Below are positions 30,665 through 39,711 of a stretch of 64,000 nucleotides of DNA, piece after piece; position 1 is the stretch's first letter, and every line of letters starts with the position of its first letter. Source of the stretch: a virus; the IMG/VR virus record IMGVR_UViG_3300042484_002041, positions 1 through 64,000 of that record. One strand, 5' to 3'. The notes under the pieces were generated by a model. The model was not told the DNA's origin. It searched no databases and worked only from the letters and a program-made list of their open reading frames with translations. The position numbers and the translations under genes were made by a program.

Positions 30665-31599
30665 AAACAGTATTAATTACCGGTGCCAATGGTTTTATTG
30701 GCCACTACTTGGTAAAAGAATTTTTACCCAATCATCGTGTGATCTGCATGGTTCGTCCAGGTACCCACAACATGGGCAGACTTCAGGATGTGATCAATCA
30801 TGTTGAAATAGTCGAGCACGATATTAAAAATCCCTGTGTTGATTTGCCAGCAGTGGACATCATACTACACGCAGGTGCCAATCCCAGTGCAGCCGATAGC
30901 TTGAACAATCCTACAGCATCGGTTATGGACAATGTGCTGGGCACACTAAACTTGTTGGAATATGCACGGAATACCGGTGTTGAACGATTTGTGTATTATA
31001 GTAGTGCAGAAGTATTTGGCCCTATACCTATCGGTCAAGACAGTCAAGCAACTGATGCCTACAACAGCAATAGTCCTTATGCAGCCAGTAAAGCTGCTGG
31101 GGAGGAGTTGTGTGTGTCTTACGCCAACTCGTTTGGTATTGCTGTTAGTATTATTCACATCAACAACACCTTTGGTCCACGTTGCCAAAGCAATCGGTTG
31201 CCAGTTATAATCATGCGCCAATTGCTAGCAGGCCAGACCATAAACCTGCATGTGGGCACAGATGGAGTAATTGGCGGCCGGAGATGGCTGTATGCCGGAG
31301 ATGTAGCCGGCCACACAAGATTTATTCTACAAGTGCAGTCTGTACTGTGTGAAAAATGGAACAGTGCCGGAAGTAGATTTATTGATAACCTTGAGTTTGC
31401 ACAAAAAATAGCCCGCTTGATGGATCTTGAACTGCTATATAAATTAGTTCCGATAGATCGGCCAGGACACGACTTGTGTTACAGCATTGATCCTAGTAAA
31501 CTATATGAGCTAGGATGGCAAGAACCAGCAGCAATTGATCAACGATTGGCACACACTATTCAGTGGTATCGGGACAATCCCGAATGGCTCTATCGTTGA
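30661..31599 (+). CDS. NDP-sugar epimerase/dehydratase/reductase (extended SDR)
   Basis: TGANGFIG, SSAEVFG, YAASK. Confidence 0.85.
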   Translation: MKTVLITGANGFIGHYLVKEFLPNHRVICMVRPGTHNMGRLQDVINHVEIVEHDIKNPCVDLPAVDIILHAGANPSAADSLNNPTASVMDNVLGTLNLLEYARNTGVERFVYYSSAEVFGPIPIGQDSQATDAYNSNSPYAASKAAGEELCVSYANSFGIAVSIIHINNTFGPRCQSNRLPVIIMRQLLAGQTINLHVGTDGVIGGRRWLYAGDVAGHTRFILQVQSVLCEKWNSAGSRFIDNLEFAQKIARLMDLELLYKLVPIDRPGHDLCYSIDPSKLYELGWQEPAAIDQRLAHTIQWYRDNPEWLYR

Positions 31600-31624
31600 T
31601 ACTTAACATAAAACAGGAGTTTAT

Positions 31625-31996
31625 ATGAGTGATGTTTTCGAAGACCAACGTAAGTTTATGCGAGCATGTGGGCAAACCATCGATACACCCAATGCAGCAC
31701 AGTTCAAGTTGTACTGTGACTTGATCAAGGAGGAAGTTGCCGAACTGGCTGCTGCTGTGGCCAATAGCGATCGCGTCGAGCAACTGGATGCCTTAATTGA
31801 TATCATGGTGGTCACAGCCGGTGCACTGCACAGCATGGGTGTTGATTCTCCCGGCGCCTGGAAGGAAGTAATGCGCAGCAACTTTGCCAAGGTTGATCAA
31901 CGTACCGGTAAAGTTATTCGTAGAGAAGATGGTAAAATTCTCAAACCCACAAACTGGGAACCACCCAGGCTCAAAGGATTTGTGCTTGCGGTATGA
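31625..31996 (+). CDS. MazG/PRA-PH-like NTP pyrophosphohydrolase
   Basis: EEVAEL...DALID...SNFAK...DGKILKP. Confidence 0.8.
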   Translation: MSDVFEDQRKFMRACGQTIDTPNAAQFKLYCDLIKEEVAELAAAVANSDRVEQLDALIDIMVVTAGALHSMGVDSPGAWKEVMRSNFAKVDQRTGKVIRREDGKILKPTNWEPPRLKGFVLAV

Positions 31997-32073
31997 AAAT
32001 AACAGTGGCCGGTACAGCCGAAATGTTAGCCAAACAGCTTGTGTAATCTAAATATCTATGTTACACTAGCAAT

Positions 32074-32364
32074 ATGAATTCCAAAGAAACTGAAGTAATG
32101 AACATTCTGCAAGAAGAATGTGCCGAGGTCATTCAAGCTGTCAGCAAATGCGCTAGGTTTGGGATTGACAATTGCAAGCCGCAAGCCCGAGTGACTAACC
32201 GGGAACATCTTGAAGAAGAAGCAGGTGACTTGCTTTGCATGCTTCAGTTGATGATGGAGATGGGTGTACTCAACGAAAAGAAAGTATATGATGCTGCGCT
32301 CCAGAAACGAGCAAAACTGCACAAATGGTCGAATATCTTTACACATGACGTTACAACAGAATGA
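32074..32364 (+). CDS. MazG-like NTP pyrophosphatase
   Basis: EECAEV...EEEAGD. Confidence 0.75.
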   Translation: MNSKETEVMNILQEECAEVIQAVSKCARFGIDNCKPQARVTNREHLEEEAGDLLCMLQLMMEMGVLNEKKVYDAALQKRAKLHKWSNIFTHDVTTE

Positions 32365-33218
32365 GCAAACTTAAAATCTCAGAACTATTTTATAGCATCC
32401 AGGGCGAGGGACGATACATGGGTGTACCCAGTGTGTTCTTGCGCACATTTGGCTGCAACTTTACCTGCGACGGATTCGGTATGACACGTGGGGAGAAAAG
32501 CCAAGAGCGTATCAAGATTGCTGCACTAGACAGCTTTGGCCCATACGCTAACTACAAAGAACTTCCCCTTGTTAGTACCGGATGTGACAGCTATGCGTCC
32601 TGGGATCCTGCATTCAAGCATCTTAGCCCGGTGATTGATACCAAGGACATTGTCAAGAGCATTTGTGAAATGCTGCCGCACAAAGAGTGGCGTGAAGAAC
32701 ACTTGGTTATCACAGGCGGAGAACCCTTGTTGGGATGGCAACGTGCTTATCCAGACTTGTTGAATCATCCGTCAATGCAAGGACTGAAAGAGATCACGTT
32801 TGAAACCAATGGTACTCAACAGTTGACCGGTGAGTTCAAACGATATCTTGCAGATTGGGGCATTGAGAAACGCGGATACAACGCTATTACATTTAGTGTC
32901 AGCGCCAAGCTTGGGGTCAGTGGCGAATCAAGAGAAGATGCTATTCTTCCTGAAGTAGTATGCGAATATGAACAAGTAGGATACACCTATCTAAAGTTTG
33001 TGATTGCGTCCGAAGAGGATGCAGCCGAAGCACTAGAAGTTATAGGAATTTACCGTGCTGCTGGATTTAAAGGGCCTGCATACTTGATGCCTATTGGCGG
33101 GGTAGAAAAGGTGTACGGCATGAACAATCGCAACGTGGCAGCATTTGCAATCAAACACGGGCTAAGGTATAGCGATCGGCTCCAGGTGCCCTTGTTCAAG
33201 AACGAGTGGGGCACTTGA
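32361..33218 (+). CDS. queE: 7-carboxy-7-deazaguanine synthase (radical SAM)
   Basis: ELFYSIQGEG, FLR..GCN..C...CDS, TGGEP, ETNG. Confidence 0.9.
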   Translation: MSKLKISELFYSIQGEGRYMGVPSVFLRTFGCNFTCDGFGMTRGEKSQERIKIAALDSFGPYANYKELPLVSTGCDSYASWDPAFKHLSPVIDTKDIVKSICEMLPHKEWREEHLVITGGEPLLGWQRAYPDLLNHPSMQGLKEITFETNGTQQLTGEFKRYLADWGIEKRGYNAITFSVSAKLGVSGESREDAILPEVVCEYEQVGYTYLKFVIASEEDAAEALEVIGIYRAAGFKGPAYLMPIGGVEKVYGMNNRNVAAFAIKHGLRYSDRLQVPLFKNEWGT

Positions 33219-33610
33219 TGTTTGAATATTTGAAGAAAAAATTTACAAAGCCGTCGGTGTCCGAAGCACCAAAGGCTCCGAAGGCTGATGCTGCGCCTAA
33301 GAAATCCCCCAAGGAACTGGCTACCGAACGCGGAGAACCGTATGTGGCAATCCTTGGACTAGAGGTTGATCCTGAAAATCTGCATCAGGGCGCATTCGAA
33401 ATTGACTGGAATGAAAAGTTTGTTGCCAATCTAGTTCGTGCTGGATATCAACTCAAACGCGAAGACTCTGACTCGGAAATTGTAGACCGGTGGTTTCAGA
33501 ATGTCTGCAGACACGTTGTAATGGAAACCTGGGAACAGGAACAGGCCATGAACCCGCAACCTTATGTACGCAGCAGGAATCTAGGTAACGGACGCAGAGA
33601 AGTAAGTTGA
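33218..33610 (+). CDS. Hypothetical protein
   Basis: TGATG coupling to queE. Confidence 0.65.
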   Translation: MFEYLKKKFTKPSVSEAPKAPKADAAPKKSPKELATERGEPYVAILGLEVDPENLHQGAFEIDWNEKFVANLVRAGYQLKREDSDSEIVDRWFQNVCRHVVMETWEQEQAMNPQPYVRSRNLGNGRREVS

Positions 33611-33613
33611 AGT

Positions 33614-34090
33614 ATGATATTCAACAAAGTAAAAGAGCTCAAAGAGCAGGGTAAAACAATCGGCATTGTGTTTAGTACATTTGATATGTTACATGCTGGA
33701 CATATTGCAATGTTGAGTGAAGCCAAGCACTACTGTGACTACTTGATTGCAGGTCTACAAACAGATCCAACCATAGACAGGCCAGAAACCAAAAACGCCC
33801 CAGTTCAAACCATTGTAGAACGACAGATTCAATTGGCTGCTACTCGATATGTTGATGAGGTTGTGGTATACCAAACAGAAAAAGATCTAGAAGACCTGTT
33901 GCTTATCCTGCCCGTGGATGTTAGAATACTGGGCATCGAGTACGCAGACCGTGACTTTACCGGCAAGACTATTTGCACACAACGCAACATCAAAATTATC
34001 TACAACGCAAGAGATCACAGCTTTAGCAGCAGCAGTCTGAGAAAGCGGGTAGTAGAATCAGAAAGTCTAAAGAATTGTAAAGGTGTTTAA
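33614..34090 (+). CDS. Cytidylyltransferase (TagD-like)
   Basis: FDMLHAGH, SSSSLR. Confidence 0.9.
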   Translation: MIFNKVKELKEQGKTIGIVFSTFDMLHAGHIAMLSEAKHYCDYLIAGLQTDPTIDRPETKNAPVQTIVERQIQLAATRYVDEVVVYQTEKDLEDLLLILPVDVRILGIEYADRDFTGKTICTQRNIKIIYNARDHSFSSSSLRKRVVESESLKNCKGV

Positions 34091-34788
34091 TGATCTTATA
34101 CGTCAATGGCGATAGCCATGCTGCGGCTGCCGAAGCTGTCAACTGTCATGCATTTGCCGAAGATGATCACCGATATTTTTATATGGGTCGTGCACCACAC
34201 CCAGATAATCTAGCAGTGAGTTGGGGGCGCCGGCTTGCCGATGTTGTTAAAGCTAGTTTCAAATGCGAGGCAGAGTCGGCTAGCTCAAATACAAGAATAC
34301 TTCGCACTACTCGTCAGTGGTTGAAAGACACCAACCTTTCAACCACTGAAGTTCTAGTAGTCATTCAATGGAGTACCTGGGAGAGGGAAGAATGGTTAAT
34401 TGATAAAGTGTACTATCAAGTGGGATCCAGTGGAATTGATCATGTTCCGGTTGATCATCAACAACGATACAAAGAGTATGTAGTTAGTGTAAATTGGAAA
34501 AAGAAAACTGAACAGGCACATGCAGAAATTTGGCAATTACATACCGAGCTCGACACCCTAGGAGTGAATCATATTTTCTTCAACGGTAATAACGACTTTA
34601 GCAGTATTGAAGAACAAAAAAACTGGGGCAAAAGTTATATTGATCCATACGATCCTAAGGGAACTTACAATGCTCGATTAAGAGCTGCAAACATACAAAC
34701 AGTAACCCCCGAGTCATGGCATTTTGGGGTAGATGGACACGCCCAATGGGCACGTGTCATGATGAAATACATTAGTAGTATGTTGTGA
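34090..34788 (+). CDS. SGNH-hydrolase-like protein
   Basis: NGDSH...SN...H...GH. Confidence 0.55.
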   Translation: MILYVNGDSHAAAAEAVNCHAFAEDDHRYFYMGRAPHPDNLAVSWGRRLADVVKASFKCEAESASSNTRILRTTRQWLKDTNLSTTEVLVVIQWSTWEREEWLIDKVYYQVGSSGIDHVPVDHQQRYKEYVVSVNWKKKTEQAHAEIWQLHTELDTLGVNHIFFNGNNDFSSIEEQKNWGKSYIDPYDPKGTYNARLRAANIQTVTPESWHFGVDGHAQWARVMMKYISSML

Positions 34789-35459
34789 AAATTTTATTAT
34801 TTCATTATTTTGGATATGGCGGCGGCAAATTTATTACTAATTGTTTAAGTTTTAGCAAAAGAGTAGCAATTCAAAATTTTGATATAGCATTGCGTACATT
34901 AGAAAATAAGGAGGAGGCGCCGCCAATAGAACAAACACTATTAATGACTATCCCACCTAAAGAAAACTCTCTAGATTGGTGGGGACTTGAACAAGGATGT
35001 GTTCAGTTGTTCGGTGCCGGTATAATCGAAATTAAGCGCAACGGTATACACCATCGGGCCCCGTTAAATAATCTTAGTTTATTAAACGATGTTTGGTTAC
35101 CTTTGGTTACTCATACAAAATTAGAATTTGATAACGTGTTGAAATTTTTCTCAGCATCGACAATTGTTAAAATATTTGTCGATGCCGATCCAACTTTTAT
35201 CAACCTAGCTATGCTTATAAAATCGCCGAACTTCAACAAAGCACACAGTGCCATCGAAAGTTTGCCCATTTACAAAAGTTTTTATGTTGACATTTTATCT
35301 TGTAATTTTGATTTTGTATTCCACAATTGGAACCCATTGATTGCTAAAAATCATTTAAAAATAACAGATCTAGCCAACCTGGTTGGATGCAATTTTGATT
35401 TAGATCTAGCAAAAAATTATATAAAAAAATATGTGGATTTTCATACCGATCGACCTTAA
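34785..35459 (+). CDS. Hypothetical protein (sulfotransferase-like N-terminal loop)
   Basis: YFGYGGGKFI; AT-rich. Confidence 0.45.
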   Translation: MKILLFHYFGYGGGKFITNCLSFSKRVAIQNFDIALRTLENKEEAPPIEQTLLMTIPPKENSLDWWGLEQGCVQLFGAGIIEIKRNGIHHRAPLNNLSLLNDVWLPLVTHTKLEFDNVLKFFSASTIVKIFVDADPTFINLAMLIKSPNFNKAHSAIESLPIYKSFYVDILSCNFDFVFHNWNPLIAKNHLKITDLANLVGCNFDLDLAKNYIKKYVDFHTDRP

Positions 35460-35485
35460 ACTATCTTTGTGCTATAATCCGTTAC

Positions 35486-36511
35486 ATGAAATATCTCTTA
35501 ATTGATACTGCAAATATGTTTTTCCGGGCTAGGCATGTGGCATTCCGTGCCAGCGATCCTTGGGAAAAAATCGGCTACGCCCTGCACATCACACTGAGTG
35601 CAGTGAACAAGGTGGCGCGTAAGTTCAACGCCGATCACGTTGTGTTCGCACTCGAAGGCCGCAGCTGGCGCAAGGATGTGTATCTTCCTTACAAGCGCAA
35701 CCGTGCTGAACTGCGGGCTGCTGCTACAGAAAAAGAGCAAGAAGAAGACAAATTGTTCTGGGAAACATTTGATAACTTTACTAAATACTTGAGTGAGCAG
35801 ACCAACTGTTCAGTTATCCGACATGAAAACGCCGAAGCCGATGACATCATTGCACGGTGGATAGCGTTACACCCCCAAGACCAACATTATATTGTCAGCA
35901 GCGACACCGACTTTGTTCAATTGCTTGCGCCAAACGTGCAACAGTTCAACGGCATCACCGATGAGTTGCTGACTCTTGAAGGCATTTTTGACGCCAAAAA
36001 CAAACTCGTAATTGACAAAAAAACCAAGCTACCCAAGACTGTTCCCGAACCCAAATGGCTATTGTTCGAAAAGTGCATGCGTGGAGATTCCAGCGACAAT
36101 GTGTTTTCGGCCTATCCGGGCGTGCGTGTCAAGGGCACCAAGAACAAAGTGGGGCTGCTTGAGGCATTTGCTGACCGCGAACGTCAAGGATATGCGTGGA
36201 ACAATCTCATGTTGCAACGCTGGACTGATCATGAAGGTGCTGAACATCGTGTGCTGGATGACTATGAGCGCAATCTTATGCTGATTGATCTTACTGCACA
36301 GCCCGACAACATCAAAGCTGCGGTAGACACAGCAATCAAAACCCAAATTAGACACAGAGATATCGGACAAGTGGGTGCACGGTTCATGAAGTTTTGCGGC
36401 AAGTTTGAACTCAATCGTGCATCTGAATCAGCAGAACAATTCGGTCGTTGGCTGAACCAAACATACCCAGGAGTACTTAATAATGATAGTAGCCAAAACA
36501 GTAATACCTAA
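35486..36511 (+). CDS. rnh: T4 RNase H-like 5'-3' exonuclease
   Basis: LID..N, YK.NR, EADD, SSDTDF, GDSSDNV. Confidence 0.9.
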   Translation: MKYLLIDTANMFFRARHVAFRASDPWEKIGYALHITLSAVNKVARKFNADHVVFALEGRSWRKDVYLPYKRNRAELRAAATEKEQEEDKLFWETFDNFTKYLSEQTNCSVIRHENAEADDIIARWIALHPQDQHYIVSSDTDFVQLLAPNVQQFNGITDELLTLEGIFDAKNKLVIDKKTKLPKTVPEPKWLLFEKCMRGDSSDNVFSAYPGVRVKGTKNKVGLLEAFADRERQGYAWNNLMLQRWTDHEGAEHRVLDDYERNLMLIDLTAQPDNIKAAVDTAIKTQIRHRDIGQVGARFMKFCGKFELNRASESAEQFGRWLNQTYPGVLNNDSSQNSNT

Positions 36512-36923
36512 TCAGTATTGGATCCTACGGCAAGGTGATACCAAAGTTGGTAACATCGAGGCCGGGCCAGATGGATTTCAAATCAAAATCAACAACGTTG
36601 TACAACAATACAAATCCATCAAGACTCTTAAACAAAAGGTTCAAATCGACTTTGAACCTGTTGAGAAGAAATCTGCGCCTGTTGTTGATAATGAAGTTAA
36701 TGGATTCCCCACAACCGGGCGCCCATACAATGCCATCTATGATGTCAAGCATCAAGTACCTCTCTGGACACGTGAACCCAGGTCCAAGTCTTGGTTCGCT
36801 GCTGGGTGGTATCGGGTACGCACTGGCCGTACTTGGCAAGTGGTCCAAAGCCCCAAGTTGATTGTTCTGCAACGATATGAATACAAAGGGCCTTTCCATA
36901 CTGAGGCCAAGGCGCGGGCATGA
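36483..36923 (+). CDS. Hypothetical protein
   Basis: ORF with AGGAG SD. Confidence 0.65.
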   Translation: MIVAKTVIPNQYWILRQGDTKVGNIEAGPDGFQIKINNVVQQYKSIKTLKQKVQIDFEPVEKKSAPVVDNEVNGFPTTGRPYNAIYDVKHQVPLWTREPRSKSWFAAGWYRVRTGRTWQVVQSPKLIVLQRYEYKGPFHTEAKARA

Positions 36924-37132
36924 GTATTCATATCAACAAATTTATCGATAAGATCAAGGCCACAGAAAGCCGCAACCTGCGTGACCTCACAATGTCCATG
37001 ACTGACGCCCGGGACCTGCACGCCGACATTACCAAGCTGCTGTTGGCCGTGCAGGTACTGCAAGAGCGAGGACAGGCTGCCGCGCCAACAACCGGCGTTA
37101 TCTCAGTTGAGGTCGAGGGCGGTACCTTTTAG
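36920..37132 (+). CDS. Hypothetical protein
   Basis: ATGA overlap. Confidence 0.65.
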   Translation: MSIHINKFIDKIKATESRNLRDLTMSMTDARDLHADITKLLLAVQVLQERGQAAAPTTGVISVEVEGGTF

Positions 37133-37172
37133 CCTCTGAAGCTGGCTCATAAATAAATGTAGGAGTTTATTG

Positions 37173-37478
37173 ATGAGCCGACCCAGACCAACTGTACTTG
37201 TTGAAGTAACTAATCGTAGTACGTACAAGACCGAACAAGTGTTAGCAGCCGAAGGAGTTTGGGCTGTGTTCTTTGACCGCCAGCCTATCAACTTAAAAAC
37301 CAGTAACCTACTAGTGCAGTACCCAGGTCCTAAGTATAAAAAAGTCAGCTTCCCTAATCAGGGGCATGCTATAAACTTGGCCAAGAAGCTCAATATACAG
37401 TTCAAAACTGACAAGTTTTCAGTGGTGCTATTGACCCAAGGGGAGCAGATATTCCCCAATGAAAAACCGAAAATTTGA
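37173..37478 (+). CDS. Hypothetical protein
   Basis: TAAATA and AGGAG upstream. Confidence 0.65.
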   Translation: MSRPRPTVLVEVTNRSTYKTEQVLAAEGVWAVFFDRQPINLKTSNLLVQYPGPKYKKVSFPNQGHAINLAKKLNIQFKTDKFSVVLLTQGEQIFPNEKPKI

Positions 37479-37830
37479 AATAGTAAGCAAGCTGATTGAC
37501 CTGGTCCCCGAGGCTCGCCGGGAGGCAGTTGACCGGGCCATGGTCACTTGGTGGGCTAATATACGCAGCACCGGTGGACTTAGACTTACAGATCATGGAT
37601 ACTGTATGCTGCATGATCTCCTGGAGATTGAGTCTTGGTCAGTGGCAATTGAAGACCCACGTAAAACTTTAAACCAGCAGTTCATGCTGGCCTTGGATCA
37701 GCGTCTCACTTGGCCTTACTACATAAGCCGAACACACGTGGTTTTCTTTAGCAGTAGAGACGCTGTCATGGCTTCTCTACATGGCGACCTTCGAGCTTGG
37801 ATTGACCTGGTCGAACCCCGCAATCAATAA
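37459..37830 (+). CDS. Hypothetical protein
   Basis: GGLRLT motif; overlapping start. Confidence 0.6.
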   Translation: MKNRKFEIVSKLIDLVPEARREAVDRAMVTWWANIRSTGGLRLTDHGYCMLHDLLEIESWSVAIEDPRKTLNQQFMLALDQRLTWPYYISRTHVVFFSSRDAVMASLHGDLRAWIDLVEPRNQ

Positions 37831-37876
37831 TCCTTAGTATGTTTACCGTTTTTCTTTGGCTTAACATAATTTGCTT

Positions 37877-38326
37877 TCATACACTAAAAGAATTTGATTT
37901 TTTAATATTTTCATGTTCCGTTAAAATTTGAAGATTATTTTCTACATGTAATCCACAAACTAGTGGATGGTTAGATGGAATAATGTGATCTACTTCGTGT
38001 TTAATACCGGTTTCATAAGTAAGCTGTTTTGCCTTTTTATAAATGTTCCTAATTTCTATCACATTTGCCCAGGCAGGCATTGACTTATCTCTTTTTTTTC
38101 GCCTTTCGACTATGTAAGACGACCACTTTGCTTTTTTCTCTAAAATAATAATCTCTTCTTGAGTTAATGAAGATTTTCGTATTTCTGGACCAGGGCGTTT
38201 ATAAAAAATAGAAACTTCGTCTTTCGTACACGGCATGCCCAGTGCAATTGATAGACGTTGTTTTCGAGTTAATTTTGGCCCCACGAATTCTCTTTTAAAT
38301 TTGGCGTATTCTCGTGAAGTATTCAT
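37877..38326 (-). CDS. HNH endonuclease (free-standing homing-type)
   Basis: HEVDHIIP...VCGLHVENNLQ...N..KSN; opposite strand; AT-rich. Confidence 0.85.
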   Translation of the reverse strand: MNTSREYAKFKREFVGPKLTRKQRLSIALGMPCTKDEVSIFYKRPGPEIRKSSLTQEEIIILEKKAKWSSYIVERRKKRDKSMPAWANVIEIRNIYKKAKQLTYETGIKHEVDHIIPSNHPLVCGLHVENNLQILTEHENIKKSNSFSV

Positions 38327-38420
38327 ATAATTATTTATGGTAGAAATATATCATGGTTTCTACTTAGTTTAATAAATACTTTGTAGGACATAATTCTGCA
38401 TACTTAACAAAGGACACATC

Positions 38421-38591
38421 ATGTTAGCAATCTTAATCAAATTTTTCGATCATTTTTTTTCATCGGCAAGTTATTCAAATGAGCTTGATAGGTTCGTGCT
38501 CAGCAAAAAGCCGACCTCGGTGATAGAAATGGAATACTGGGTCAAAGAATACGATCGCAAGATGACTCGCGGCCAAGGCTGGATACTATGA
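38421..38591 (+). CDS. Small protein, 56 aa (MLAILIKFF...EYWVKEYDR)
   Basis: AAGGA SD; followed by small coupled ORFs at 38588-38674 and 38680-38805. Confidence 0.55.
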   Translation: MLAILIKFFDHFFSSASYSNELDRFVLSKKPTSVIEMEYWVKEYDRKMTRGQGWIL

Positions 38592-38844
38592 AGACAGTAA
38601 TCAAGGCCATTTGGAACTTTTTAGCAGCATGGGGAGAGATCCGGGCTGCTCGCCATATAAGCAAGCTGTACTAACTATCATGAAATTCATAACAACCACC
38701 ATGCTAAATATGCTACAACGGTTGGCTGAAATGTTTCCAGATAGCTCTTATCAAGCACGATTAGATGCATACCTAAATTCTCACGGAATTATCGATTCCA
38801 TGTAAACAGCAGCTGACCCTTTTGACTTTAAGGGCACAGCAAGC

Positions 38845-39675
38845 ATGAGACAATTTCTAATATCGTTAGTTGTAGCGATTATTGCCGTAACAGGCACACC
38901 CGGCGCAACAGCCTGGACACAACGTGCCCCACAAGACCCACAGACTTGTAAGGTTCATGCTCCTTATGGGTTCCCACAGACAACAGGCGTACAGCCAATT
39001 TGCCGGCAAGCCTACTTAGTAGGGTATGATGCAGCAGCCAAGTTGCCTAAATACGTGACATATGAGCTACTTCCACAAAATGCTCTTGGCTGCGTTGCCC
39101 GCACTAATGCCTTTGCCACCGATCAATCAGTTGCAGGAGGAGCCACTGCTGCTGACTACGCGGGCACTGGCTACGATAAAGGTCATATGTCACCGGACGG
39201 AGATCTATCTTGGGATGTCCAGGTAGAGTTTGAATCATTCTTAATGACCAACATGAGCCCGCAGGCTGGTTCCCTGAATCGTGGAATCTGGAAACTACTC
39301 GAGACCAGCATTCGTGGATGGGCGGTTCAACGTAATCAAAGCTACACAGTGTACGTGGGCGGGGTGTACGACGCGAAGAATATGAAAATTGGCTCGGGGG
39401 TTGTAGTCCCAAATGGGTTTTACAAGATCGTAATCAACAATCAAACCAACGAGATAGCAGGATGGGCATTCCCACACATGGCACCGTACCCCAACTTGGG
39501 CAATGACTTGTCCAAGTTCCGCTTGCCGATTACACAGATCGAATCAGTAGCAGGCGTGCAATTTGCATTCCCCAAGGCTGCGGTTGAATTGCAGCCCGGC
39601 ACAGAATGGCCAGTAGACTTTGGTGCTCTTACAAAGGCGAAAAGGGTCAAGTGTGGTGCTGCATCAAATGATTAA
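38845..39675 (+). CDS. Secreted DNA/RNA non-specific endonuclease (NucA family)
   Basis: Signal peptide; YDKGH, TNMSPQ..LNRG.W..LE. Confidence 0.9.
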   Translation: MRQFLISLVVAIIAVTGTPGATAWTQRAPQDPQTCKVHAPYGFPQTTGVQPICRQAYLVGYDAAAKLPKYVTYELLPQNALGCVARTNAFATDQSVAGGATAADYAGTGYDKGHMSPDGDLSWDVQVEFESFLMTNMSPQAGSLNRGIWKLLETSIRGWAVQRNQSYTVYVGGVYDAKNMKIGSGVVVPNGFYKIVINNQTNEIAGWAFPHMAPYPNLGNDLSKFRLPITQIESVAGVQFAFPKAAVELQPGTEWPVDFGALTKAKRVKCGAASND

Positions 39676-39711
39676 ACTGATTACCGGACTATATGTACCT
39701 ATAAATAGTCC

